From the NCBI GenBank assembly GCA_036259375.1, contig DATABW010000285.1, positions 1 through 37,074 of the forward strand: a DNA stretch of 37,074 bases, read 5' to 3'. A program made the translations under genes and the position numbers. The notes under the pieces are model-generated. The model saw nothing but the letters and a program-made list of their open reading frames with translations. It was not told where the DNA came from and ran no database searches. The DNA is from Woeseiaceae bacterium. Lineage in GTDB: Bacteria; Pseudomonadota; Gammaproteobacteria; Steroidobacterales; Woeseiaceae. Below are positions 10,914 to 20,074 of this stretch, one piece after another (positions within the stretch are counted from its first letter, which is position 1; the number at the start of each line of letters is the position of its first letter).

Positions 10914-13347
10914 GCCGCAGCACCGTGTTGGGATCGATGCGTGACGCGCGCCAGGTCGGTATCCAGGCGGCGAGCAGCGCCACCGCCGCGAGGGTGAGTG
11001 GCACGGCGACGAACGTCCAGCCGTCGAGCGGCGTCACGCCATACAGCATCCCGCCGAGCGCGCGCGTGACCACGGCAGCGATCGCCAGGCCGGCGGCGAT
11101 GCCGGCGGCGGTCAGCGCGAAGCTCTGCTTCAAAACCAGCCCGGCGACGTCGCGAGCCCGGGCGCCCAGCGCCAGGCGGATGCCCAGCTCCCGCGTTCGG
11201 CGGCCGACGAGCCAGGCCATGACGCCGTAGATACCGACCGCGCCCATCACCAGCGCGACAGCCGCAAAAACGGCGAGCAGCGACATCATCAGCCGTGGAC
11301 GCGCGAGCGACTCCGACACGACCTGATCCATGGTGCGAAACTCGCCGAGCGGCAGCGCGGGATCGATGTCTGCGACGGCCTGTCGTACAGCGCCTGCGAG
11401 CGCGGTCGGCTCGCCGGGCGTGCGCACGACCAGCGTCATCCCGCGGACCGGACCGCCGTTGTCCCAGAACCGGAACTGCTCGTGCGACAGGTACATCTGC
11501 GACTGCGGCGGCTCGTCGAATCCCGCGTGCCGCACGTCACGCACGACTCCGACCACCGTGACCCAGCCGGGCGCCGCGCCGCCACCCAGCAATATCCGCT
11601 GCCCGAGCGGGTTCTCGCCCGGCCAATAGCGCAGCGCGGCGGTCTCGTTGAGGACGACGACGCCCGGAGCGTCGACGCCGTCAGTCGGCTCTATGCCGCG
11701 ACCGGAGATCAGCGGAATCCGCAGTGCGTCGAGGTAATCGGGCGTGACCGCCTGCCAGTCGGCTTTCGGGGAAACCGCATCGTCGGGAGTTTCACGCCCC
11801 CCGATCTCGAAGTTGAGGTCGCCCAGGTCCGTCGCGAGCGGCAGGTTCGAGACCGCACCCGCCGCCGTGACGCCCGGCAGCTCCCCGATCCGCTCGAGCA
11901 GGCGCGCGAAGAACGGGCTCACGTCCGCATCCGCATAATCCGACGGCGCAAGGCTGAGATCGGTAGTCAGCACCCCGTCGACCCGGTAACCGGGGTCCAC
12001 TTCGCTGAGCTCGGCGTAGCTCCTGACCAGCAGGGTGGCACCAATGACGAGCACGAGCGCCGCCGCGATTTCACCAATGACCAGCGCTGCGCGCAGCGGC
12101 TGCCGACCGCCGGTAGCCCGCCCGCCGCCGTCGTGCAAGGCGGCCGCGGGATCGGTCCGGCTCGCGGCGAGCGCCGGCAGTATGCCGAGGAGAACGCCTG
12201 TGAAACCCGTCGTCGCGGCCGTGAAGACCAGCACCCGCCAGTCGATCGTGACGGTATCGATACGCGGCACGTCCGGTGGTTGCAGTGCGACGAGGAGCTC
12301 GATGCCGCCCGCCGCCAGCGCCACGCCAAGCACGCCGCCCAGCCCCGCGAGTACCAGGCTTTCGACTACGAGCTGGCCGAGAATGCGACCGCGGCCGGCG
12401 CCCAGCGCAGTGCGAAGCGCGAGCTCGCCGCGCCGCGCCTCGGCCCGCGCGATCAGGAGATTCGCGACGTTCGCGCAGGCAACCAGCAGCACGAGGCCGA
12501 CGGCGCAGAGGAGCACGAACAGCGCCGGCCGTATCGGACCGACCACGTCCTCCGCCAGCGGGAACGCCGTCGCGGCGAACTGCATATCCGCCGGGTAGTC
12601 GCCCGGATGCTGCTCGACCATGCGGCCGGCGAGCGCGCGAACCGCGGTGGCCGCGTCCTCCACCGATACGCCCGGCGCGAGCCGCGCGACGCCCGCGAGG
12701 AAATGGCTGCCTCGGTTGGGAATTGTCGTGCGGTCGATACCGAGCGGCAGGTAGACCTCGGTCGCCTGGCCGTCGGTATAGTCCTCCGGCATCCGGAAAC
12801 CGGCCGGGAGCACACCGACGATCGTGCGCGGGCTGCCGTTCAGGGTCACGCGGCTGCCGACGATGTCTTCGGCGCCGCTGAAGCGGCGCTGCCACAGGTC
12901 GAAGCCTATGATCGCGACATCATGCTCCGGCAGTTCTTCTTCGGCCGTCAACGTCCGGCCGAGCACCGGTCGTGCTCCCAGCGCCGGCAGGACCCCGCTC
13001 GATACGAACGCGCCGCGGAGGCGTTCCGGCCGGTCGCCGCCGGTAATGCTCGGCGACGAAAACGCGTACACGCCCAGGGAAGAGAACACGTCGAGCTCGT
13101 CGCGGTAGTCGAAATACTCGGCTGGCGAGATGCCGGCGTCCGGCTCGCCTGCCCAGCTCGTCTGCAGGCGGACGATACGCTCGGGCTGCGCGTAGTCGAG
13201 CGGCTGGAGAACGACGCCATTCACCACCGAAAAAATGGCCGTGTTCGCACCGATTCCGAGGGCGAGGGTGACGAGCGCGACTGCGGTGAAGCCCGGGCTC
13301 TTGCGCAGCATGCGCAAGGCGTGGCGGACGTTGTGCATGGACGTCAT
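10906..13347 (-). CDS. ADOP-type duplicated MacB/FtsX permease, paralogue 5 (813 aa from ATG 13347)
   Basis: [42 protein letters not shown]; [16 protein letters not shown]; [14 protein letters not shown]; tail NTVLRHE. ATG 13347 has GAGGAGG upstream and lies 10 nt after the stop of paralogue 6. The 68-codon extension in the ORF track overlaps paralogue 6 and is Arg/Cys/Ser-rich junk. Confidence 0.9.
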   Translation of the reverse strand: MTSMHNVRHALRMLRKSPGFTAVALVTLALGIGANTAIFSVVNGVVLQPLDYAQPERIVRLQTSWAGEPDAGISPAEYFDYRDELDVFSSLGVYAFSSPSITGGDRPERLRGAFVSSGVLPALGARPVLGRTLTAEEELPEHDVAIIGFDLWQRRFSGAEDIVGSRVTLNGSPRTIVGVLPAGFRMPEDYTDGQATEVYLPLGIDRTTIPNRGSHFLAGVARLAPGVSVEDAATAVRALAGRMVEQHPGDYPADMQFAATAFPLAEDVVGPIRPALFVLLCAVGLVLLVACANVANLLIARAEARRGELALRTALGAGRGRILGQLVVESLVLAGLGGVLGVALAAGGIELLVALQPPDVPRIDTVTIDWRVLVFTAATTGFTGVLLGILPALAASRTDPAAALHDGGGRATGGRQPLRAALVIGEIAAALVLVIGATLLVRSYAELSEVDPGYRVDGVLTTDLSLAPSDYADADVSPFFARLLERIGELPGVTAAGAVSNLPLATDLGDLNFEIGGRETPDDAVSPKADWQAVTPDYLDALRIPLISGRGIEPTDGVDAPGVVVLNETAALRYWPGENPLGQRILLGGGAAPGWVTVVGVVRDVRHAGFDEPPQSQMYLSHEQFRFWDNGGPVRGMTLVVRTPGEPTALAGAVRQAVADIDPALPLGEFRTMDQVVSESLARPRLMMSLLAVFAAVALVMGAVGIYGVMAWLVGRRTRELGIRLALGARARDVAGLVLKQSFALTAAGIAAGLAIAAVVTRALGGMLYGVTPLDGWTFVAVPLTLAAVALLAAWIPTWRASRIDPNTVLRHE

Positions 13348-13357
13348 GGCCTCCTCT

Positions 13358-15859
13358 TCACTCGTAGCGCAAGGCCTGCAAGGGATCGACGCTCGACGCG
13401 CGGCGCGCCGGCAGGTAACCCGCAGCGGTGATGACGGCGCCGAGCACGAGCACGGCCGACGCGAGCACGGCCGGCTCGTAACCGGAAAGGCCGAACAGCA
13501 CCGACTCCGCTGCGCGTCCGAGCAAGACTGCCAGCACGAGCCCGGCGGCACCGCCGATCAGCCCCATCCAGCCGACCTGCCTCAGCACCATCGACCGCAG
13601 CCGTCCCGGTGTCGCACCCAGCGCCTGCCGAAGTCCGAGCTCGCGCGTCCGCTGCGCAACGGAGTACGCCAGCACGCCGTACAGGCCCGTCGCGGCCAGC
13701 AAGGTCGCGAGCAGCGCAAAGCCGCCGGAAAGCATCCCGATCATGCGGTCGAGGAAAGTGTTGTCGCGGATGACGTCCGGCAGCGTCGCCAGGCCGTTCA
13801 CCGGCAGGTTGGGGTCCAGCCGTTCGACGACCTGGACCATCGAGGCGAGCATGTCGCCGGGCTGGAGGCCGCTGCGCACGTAGAAGTTCAGGAACCCGAG
13901 CTCCTCGTCCTGGTAACGCGGGAGGAAGACTTGCGGCGGAATCTCCTCCTTCACCTGGCTGTACTTCGCATCCGCGACGAGGCCGACGATCTCGATGCCG
14001 AGCTCGCCCCCGGAGCCGAAGGCCATCCGTTTGCCGATGACGTCGTCGCCCAGGCCGAACTTCTGCGCAAAGCTCTCGTTGACGATCGCGACCTCCGGCC
14101 GTCCTGCCGCATCGGCTTCGCTGAAATCGCGGCCCGAAAGGAGCGGTATCCCGAGCGTCCGGAAGAAGCCCTCGCTCACCTTGTTGTACTGTGCGTTCGT
14201 GTCGTCGTCCGGCGCCGCTTCGAAACCCTCCACCGAGACGTTGCCGCCCCAGCCGTCGCCGACGACGACACCGACCATCGCGGAGGCGACACTGGTGACG
14301 CCGGGCAGCGCAGCCAGCTCTTCCTCGATGCGCCGGAACAGCGCGGCCGAGCGCTCCGGTGTGTAACCGGAGAGCACCGGCGCCACGCCGAAGCTCGCGA
14401 CCGAGTCGGCCTCCAGGCCGAGGTCGACCCGCGCCACATTGGCGAGGCTCTGCGCGAAGAGGCCGGCCAGCACGAGCAGCACCATCGAGAAGGCAATCTG
14501 CACGGTTGCGAGCGAGCGGCGGAACCGCGCCATGCCGCGGCCGCCGGATTGTTGTCCTGCCTGCTCCTTCAGGACCGCGCCCGCCGGCGTGCGCGTGGCC
14601 GCCAGCGCCGGGAACAGGCCGAAGAAAAAGACCGTGACGAGCGAGATACCGCCGGCGAAAGCGACGGCCGCGCCGCTCAGGCTCACGCCCAGGTCCGCCG
14701 CCGCTTCCGCGGGCATGATGGCGGCAATCAGGCCCAGCGTGGCCGCGGCGATCGGCAGGCCGGCCAGGCAGCCGAGGAGGCCGAGAAGACCGGCCTCGGT
14801 TACGAGTTGCGCCACCATCTGCCGGCGGCTGGCGCCGATCGCCGAGCGCAACGCCATCTCGCCGGCGCGCATCGCGCCGCGGGCGAGCAGGAGGTTGGCG
14901 ATGTTGACGCAGGCGATGACCAGCACCAGCGCCGTGACGCCGAAGAGTAGCGTCAGCGGCAGGCGGGCGTCGTCGGGGGTCCGGCTCTGCCCCCGCGCGC
15001 CCGGCGCGAGCACGATGCTCTTTTCCCGGAAATCCGCAATGAACCGCTCGGACGAGTCGGCGTTGAGGGGCACCTCGATCTCGTTGATGATTGCGCGGTA
15101 GGGGCCGTTGATGGCGGCCTGCGCCTGCTCCATCGTCACGCCCGGTTTCAGGCGCGCGAACAGGTACGCCCAGTAGGATCGGCGGTTTTCGGAGTCCTCG
15201 GGGAAATACGGCTCCATCAAGCCGCGCATCGTCAAGGGCACGAACACCTGCGGGCGATTCCCGAGGCTCGCGCCGGAAAAGCCTTCCGGCGCGACGCCGA
15301 TTACCGTGAGGCGCTGCCCGTTCACCGTCAGCGTCGTCCCGAGCACGGAGGCGGAACCGCCGAAGTTGTTCTGCCAGTAGTCGTGACTGAGGACGGCGAC
15401 CCGGCGCTCGCCGATCTTCGGCTCGTCCTCCGGGCCTATCAGCCGCCCCAGCGCCGGTGTCAATCGCAGCACGGGGAAGTAATCGCCGTTGACGACCACA
15501 CCCTCACCCGCGATTGCGGGCGTCCCTTCGGCGGCTATGTTCGCGGAGAATCCCCGATGGGCGGCGATGCCGGTGAACACCGTCTGCTCACGCTGCAGGT
15601 CGCGCAGCATGGGATAACTGAACACCTGGTCGCACTCGCCGATGCCGCTGCAGGACACGGATCCCGACTTCGGGCCCGGCGAGCTGAGGATGACCAGGCG
15701 TTCCGGCGCGGGCACCGGCAGCGGCTCCAGCAGCATCTGGTGGAACAGCGAAAACATGGCCGCATTCGCGCCCACGCCGAGGGCAAGCGTCAGTACGATG
15801 ATCGCCGCAAGGCCCGGGCGCTTCGCCAGCTGGCGTGCTGCACTCTTGAGATTGTTCAT
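13358..15859 (-). CDS. ADOP-type duplicated MacB/FtsX permease, paralogue 6 (833 aa from ATG 15859)
   Basis: MNNLKSAARQLAKRPGLAAIIVLTLALGVGANAAMFSLF; [16 protein letters not shown]; QRTRELGLRQALGA; tail LQALRYE. ATG 15859 is preceded by GGGGGAGGAA. Confidence 0.9.
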   Translation of the reverse strand: MNNLKSAARQLAKRPGLAAIIVLTLALGVGANAAMFSLFHQMLLEPLPVPAPERLVILSSPGPKSGSVSCSGIGECDQVFSYPMLRDLQREQTVFTGIAAHRGFSANIAAEGTPAIAGEGVVVNGDYFPVLRLTPALGRLIGPEDEPKIGERRVAVLSHDYWQNNFGGSASVLGTTLTVNGQRLTVIGVAPEGFSGASLGNRPQVFVPLTMRGLMEPYFPEDSENRRSYWAYLFARLKPGVTMEQAQAAINGPYRAIINEIEVPLNADSSERFIADFREKSIVLAPGARGQSRTPDDARLPLTLLFGVTALVLVIACVNIANLLLARGAMRAGEMALRSAIGASRRQMVAQLVTEAGLLGLLGCLAGLPIAAATLGLIAAIMPAEAAADLGVSLSGAAVAFAGGISLVTVFFFGLFPALAATRTPAGAVLKEQAGQQSGGRGMARFRRSLATVQIAFSMVLLVLAGLFAQSLANVARVDLGLEADSVASFGVAPVLSGYTPERSAALFRRIEEELAALPGVTSVASAMVGVVVGDGWGGNVSVEGFEAAPDDDTNAQYNKVSEGFFRTLGIPLLSGRDFSEADAAGRPEVAIVNESFAQKFGLGDDVIGKRMAFGSGGELGIEIVGLVADAKYSQVKEEIPPQVFLPRYQDEELGFLNFYVRSGLQPGDMLASMVQVVERLDPNLPVNGLATLPDVIRDNTFLDRMIGMLSGGFALLATLLAATGLYGVLAYSVAQRTRELGLRQALGATPGRLRSMVLRQVGWMGLIGGAAGLVLAVLLGRAAESVLFGLSGYEPAVLASAVLVLGAVITAAGYLPARRASSVDPLQALRYE

Positions 15860-15924
15860 ATTCCTCCCCCTGGTGCTCCCATCCGGCAATAATCGTAGGC
15901 CCGGCCCTGATTACGCGAGATCCC

Positions 15925-17460
15925 ATGCTGTTTCTGAAACTGGCGGAAACGTCCGATGCGGTAGCGGCGACGCGCAGCCGCCTGAAGAAGATCGACCTGC
16001 TTCGCGACTGTCTCGAGCAGTTCGGACCGGCTGAAATCGAAACCGGCGTCGGCTACCTGGCCGGCAGCCTGCGCCAGGGACGCATCGGGCTCGGCCCGGC
16101 CATCGTGCGCGACGTGCTCGCAGCCGAGGCCGCCAGTGAGCCCACGCTCAGAATCGGAGACGTGGACAACGCGTTCGAGGAGATCGCGGGGTTTTCCGGC
16201 AAGGGGTCGGCTGCCGCACGAAAGCGCCGGCTCCGCGACCTTTTTGCCAGCGCCACGGCGACGGAACAGGATTTTCTCGCTCGCCTGGTGCTCGGCGAGC
16301 TGCGGCAGGGTGCGCTGGAAGGCGTCATGGCGGACGCGATCGCCAGGGCCGCCGACTTGCCGGTCCGCGAGGTACGCCGCGCGGTGATGCTCGCCGGCAA
16401 TCCGGCGCTCGTGGCGGAAGCCGCCCTGACCGAAGGCCGCGCGGGACTGGAGGCGTTCCGGCTGGAGCTGCTGAAGCCGGTGCAGCCGATGCTCGCCCAG
16501 ACGGCGGAAAGCACGGCGGCGGCTCTCGACGTGTTCGGCGAAGCGGCGTTTGAATACAAGCTGGACGGCGCCCGGATCCAGGTGCACAAGGCCGGCGGGG
16601 ACATCCGCATCTTCACCCGGCAGCTCAACGAGGTTTCCGTGCGCTTGCCGGAGATCGTCGATGCGGTCCGGAAATTGCCGGCGCGCGCGCTGATTCTCGA
16701 CGGCGAAGTCATTGCGCTCCGCGGCGACGGCACGCCGCACCCGTTCCAGGTCACGATGCGGCGTTTCGGCCGCAAGCTCGATGTCGAAGGCCTGCGCGAA
16801 TCGTTGCCCCTGGACGCGTTCTTTTTCGATTGCCTGCACGCTGACGGCGAGGACCTGCTCGACCGGACGGCCGCCGAGCGTGTCGAGGCAATGTCCCGCG
16901 CACTGCCCGCCGGGCTGCGGATCCCGCGGCTCGTGACGTCGGACCGAGAGGCCGCCGCCAGTTTCCTGGAGCAGGCGCTCGCCGCCGGGCACGAAGGACT
17001 GATGGCCAAGGCGCTGGACAGCCTTTACGAAGCCGGTAATCGCGGCGCCGGCTGGCTCAAGATAAAACCCGCGCACACGCTCGACCTCGCCATCATCGCC
17101 GCGGAATGGGGCAGCGGCCGCCGCCGCGGCTGGCTGAGCAACCTGCATCTCGCCGCCCGCGATCCGGACAGCGGCGACTTCGTCATGCTCGGGAAAACGT
17201 TCAAGGGGATGACGGACAAGATGCTCGCCTGGCAGACGAAACGCCTGCTGGAGCTCGAAACCGGGCGCGAGGGACACGTGGTGTACGTACGCCCGGAGCT
17301 CGTCGTCGAGATTGCCTTCAACGACCTGCAGGCCAGCCCACACTATCCGGGCGGCATGGCGCTGCGCTTCGCTCGCGTCAAACGCTACCGTGAAGACAAA
17401 GGGCCGGAAGACGCGGACACCCTCGACACCGTGCGGCAGATCTTCGAGCGACGGGCGTGA
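15925..17460 (+). CDS. ATP-dependent DNA ligase (three-domain Lig I / LigB-like, 511 aa)
   Basis: Ligase motifs are seen in order: adenylation site EYKLDGARIQVHK (KxDG), ILDGEVIAL, FFFDCLHADGEDL, EGLMAK, WLKIKP, and C-terminal RFARVKRYREDK. Confidence 0.93.
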   Translation: MLFLKLAETSDAVAATRSRLKKIDLLRDCLEQFGPAEIETGVGYLAGSLRQGRIGLGPAIVRDVLAAEAASEPTLRIGDVDNAFEEIAGFSGKGSAAARKRRLRDLFASATATEQDFLARLVLGELRQGALEGVMADAIARAADLPVREVRRAVMLAGNPALVAEAALTEGRAGLEAFRLELLKPVQPMLAQTAESTAAALDVFGEAAFEYKLDGARIQVHKAGGDIRIFTRQLNEVSVRLPEIVDAVRKLPARALILDGEVIALRGDGTPHPFQVTMRRFGRKLDVEGLRESLPLDAFFFDCLHADGEDLLDRTAAERVEAMSRALPAGLRIPRLVTSDREAAASFLEQALAAGHEGLMAKALDSLYEAGNRGAGWLKIKPAHTLDLAIIAAEWGSGRRRGWLSNLHLAARDPDSGDFVMLGKTFKGMTDKMLAWQTKRLLELETGREGHVVYVRPELVVEIAFNDLQASPHYPGGMALRFARVKRYREDKGPEDADTLDTVRQIFERRA

Positions 17461-17470
17461 TCCGGAATTG

Positions 17471-17533
17471 CAGGAGCCCGTTTCCAGGGCGACGCGGCAT
17501 CGACGTGCGGGCCGCCCGTGAGACGGGCTCCTG
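17471..17533. repeat. ~63-nt imperfect palindromic spacer element (REP-like), archetype copy
   Basis: caggagcccgt (17471..17481) is the exact reverse complement of acgggctcctg (17523..17533). The inner arms gggcg/cgccc also pair. It contains the core cccgtgagacggg (17515..17527). It lies between the convergent stops of the ligase and paralogue 7, with no U-tract. Confidence 0.7.
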
Positions 17534-17557
17534 AATGTCCGATACGCGCCCCGACCC

Positions 17558-19984
17558 TTATTCATACCGCAAAGCTTCCATCGGGTTCACGCGCATCGCG
17601 CGCAGCGCCGGGACCAGGGACGCGAGCAACGCCACGGTAAGCAGTATCAGCGCAACCCCCAGCAGGGTCGACGGATCGAACGGCGACACGCCCGCCAGCA
17701 TCGCCGACAGCAACCGCGCGAATACGACGGCGCATGCGAGTCCCACGGCCAGCCCAATGCCGAGTTGCCAGGCGCCCTGGCCGAGGATCATGTTGAGAAT
17801 GCGGCCGTCGAGGGCCCCGAGCGCGCGGCGCACGCCGATTTCGCGGGTGCGCTGGGCCACCGAGTACGCGAGCACGCTGTAGATGCCGGCCGCCGACAAC
17901 GCGACGGCGACGAACGCGAAGATGCCGAACAGCGTCGAGACGATGCGCGACGTGAAGTGCCCCGCCCACACCCAGTCGTCGAGCGTACGAACCCAGTAGA
18001 CCGGAATGTCGGCATCGATCTGGCGTACCGTCTCGCGCAAGGTTTGCGCGAACGCCAACGGCTCACCGCGTGTGTCGACCGCAACCGTGAGGAACCGCTG
18101 GGGCACCTGCACGAGTGGCACGAAAACCGAGGGCCGCTCCGGATCGTCCAGCGCGTCCATCGTCGTCGCTTCGGTGACGCCGACGATGGTATGCCAGCGG
18201 CTGTTTGCGTCCTCCGCTTCCCCGAGCAGGATCTGGATCTCCTGACCGACCGGGTCGCCGTCGGGAAACACTGCCTGTGCGAACCGCTGGTCGACAATGA
18301 CGACCGGCTCGCTTCCCGCGTGCTCGCGGGAATCGAACCAGCGGCCTTTCAACAGGTCGAGGCCGAGCACATCGGCAAAGTTGTTCATGACGCCGGCATA
18401 GGTCGCCCAGGGCAGCTGCCCCGATTCAGGCATTTCCATTGCGCGCGTGCGGTAGGGCACGCTCCATGAGTCGAGGCCGGGATACGAGTACGCCACGGTG
18501 GCTCCGACTACGTCCGGATCCCGGTTCAGCCGCTCGACCAGTTCTTCGAAGAACCGGAACTGCGATGCCCCGTCCGGGTACTGCGCCTCCGGCAGCCCGA
18601 TGCGCCCCGTCAGCAGCTGCGTATTCTCGATGCCGAGCGGGCGCGAGTTGAGGTTCAGGACGCTCTTGATCATCAACCCGGAGCTGACGAGCAGGATGCA
18701 TGACAGCGCGATCTCCGCCGTGACCAGAGTGCGGCTCAATCGCGACGCCGACGCGCCGCTACCCTTCGCGCCTTCCTTCAGGTATTCGTTCACATCCGTG
18801 CGGGTGGCGCGCAGCGCCGGCGCAAGCCCGGCGATCACGCCCGCGGCCACGGCTACGCAGGCGGCGAACAGCATGACCCGCCCGTCGAGGTCGAACGTGA
18901 CCCAGAACGGCAACTGGATGCCGGCCGCGACGAATGCTCGGTCCGTCAGGTCGAGACCTGCGTCGGCGAGGAACCAGCCAATGGCCGCTCCGATCGACGC
19001 AAGCACCACGCTTTCCGTCAGCACGTGCACGAGAATGCGCCAGCGGCTGGCGCCGAGCGCGGCGCGCAGCGCGATGTCCTTCTGACGCGCCGAGGTCCGC
19101 GCAAGGATCAGGTTTGCAACGTTCGCGCACGCGATCAGCAGCACCAGCAGCACCGCGATGAACATGGCCGAAATGCTCGTGCGGGCTTCCTCGGCGATGT
19201 ATTCCTGCTGGAACGGCTTGATGACGGTCGTGATGTTTTCGTTGGCTTCGTAACGCTCGGCGAGCGCCGCAGCGATGTTGGCGAACTCGGCGCGCGCCTG
19301 CTCCAGCGTCACCCCGCGCTTCAGACGCCCGAATGCCTCCACGGTCATGCCTTCGCCACGATCGATCTTCGACAGGTCGACGATGAGCGGCACCCAGATT
19401 TCCTGCGCCAGCGGGAACGCGAAGCCCTCGGGCATGACGCCGACCACGGTGCTCGGGACGCCGTTCACGCGCACCGTCCGGCCAAGAATGCCCGGATCGC
19501 CGTCATAGCGGTTGAGCCAGGCCTCGTAACCCAGCACGATCACGGGCTCGGCGCCGGGCGCGCTATCGGCGGGCACGAGCGTGCGGCCGATATGGGCGTC
19601 CTGCCGGATGACCTCGAAGGCCGAGGGCGTGATGAACGCGCCCTCGTAGCGCTCCGGCAGCTCGCCCCCGGACAGGTTGACCGTACCGACGTAGAAGGCC
19701 GCCAGTGTCTCGAAGCTCTGCTGCACTTCCCGCCAATCGATGAAATCGTGCTGCGTCACTTCCATGCTGTCGAACCCGTGCAGCGGATTCGCACGCTCGA
19801 TGTGCATGATGCGGTCGGCATTGGGGTACGGCAGCGGCGTCAGCATGTACGCATTGACGACGGTGAACATGTACAGGGTCACGCCGAGCCCCAGCGCGAG
19901 TATGCCCGCGGCCACAGCGGTGAATCCCGGGCTGTGCCGCAGTTGGCTGAGGGTCAGTCGAATTTCGTGCCAGATCGCCCGCAT
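17558..19984 (-). CDS. ADOP-type duplicated MacB/FtsX permease, paralogue 7 (808 aa, divergent TM1)
   Basis: [37 protein letters not shown]; [16 protein letters not shown]; QRTREIGVRRALGA; tail MEALRYE. ATG 19984 is preceded by AAGGAAG. Confidence 0.9.
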   Translation of the reverse strand: MRAIWHEIRLTLSQLRHSPGFTAVAAGILALGLGVTLYMFTVVNAYMLTPLPYPNADRIMHIERANPLHGFDSMEVTQHDFIDWREVQQSFETLAAFYVGTVNLSGGELPERYEGAFITPSAFEVIRQDAHIGRTLVPADSAPGAEPVIVLGYEAWLNRYDGDPGILGRTVRVNGVPSTVVGVMPEGFAFPLAQEIWVPLIVDLSKIDRGEGMTVEAFGRLKRGVTLEQARAEFANIAAALAERYEANENITTVIKPFQQEYIAEEARTSISAMFIAVLLVLLIACANVANLILARTSARQKDIALRAALGASRWRILVHVLTESVVLASIGAAIGWFLADAGLDLTDRAFVAAGIQLPFWVTFDLDGRVMLFAACVAVAAGVIAGLAPALRATRTDVNEYLKEGAKGSGASASRLSRTLVTAEIALSCILLVSSGLMIKSVLNLNSRPLGIENTQLLTGRIGLPEAQYPDGASQFRFFEELVERLNRDPDVVGATVAYSYPGLDSWSVPYRTRAMEMPESGQLPWATYAGVMNNFADVLGLDLLKGRWFDSREHAGSEPVVIVDQRFAQAVFPDGDPVGQEIQILLGEAEDANSRWHTIVGVTEATTMDALDDPERPSVFVPLVQVPQRFLTVAVDTRGEPLAFAQTLRETVRQIDADIPVYWVRTLDDWVWAGHFTSRIVSTLFGIFAFVAVALSAAGIYSVLAYSVAQRTREIGVRRALGALDGRILNMILGQGAWQLGIGLAVGLACAVVFARLLSAMLAGVSPFDPSTLLGVALILLTVALLASLVPALRAMRVNPMEALRYE

Positions 19985-20004
19985 TTTTTCTTCCTTAAAG
20001 GCCG

Positions 20005-20049
20005 GATCGCCCGTGAGACGGGTTCCTGCAGGAGCGCCTCACGGACGCC
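20005..20049. repeat. Spacer palindrome family, permuted/compact copy
   Basis: gatcgcccgtgagacgggttcctgcaggagcgcctcacggacgcc has the family right-end motif (cgcccgtgagacggg.tcctg) abutting the left-end motif (caggagcgcctcacgg) across a CTGCAG centre. ccgtgag (20011..20017) pairs with ctcacgg (20038..20044). Confidence 0.6.
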
Positions 20050-20074
20050 CCGAACTCCAACAGCGTTTCAACGT

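Noticed and set aside
15860-17557. The idea that the ligase (and the LysR relic at 2807..3130) arrived on a mobile element.
   Set aside because: No transposase, integrase, recombinase, terminal inverted repeats or target-site duplications are visible in any frame around either gene. Only the composition shift at the LysR relic hints at foreign origin.
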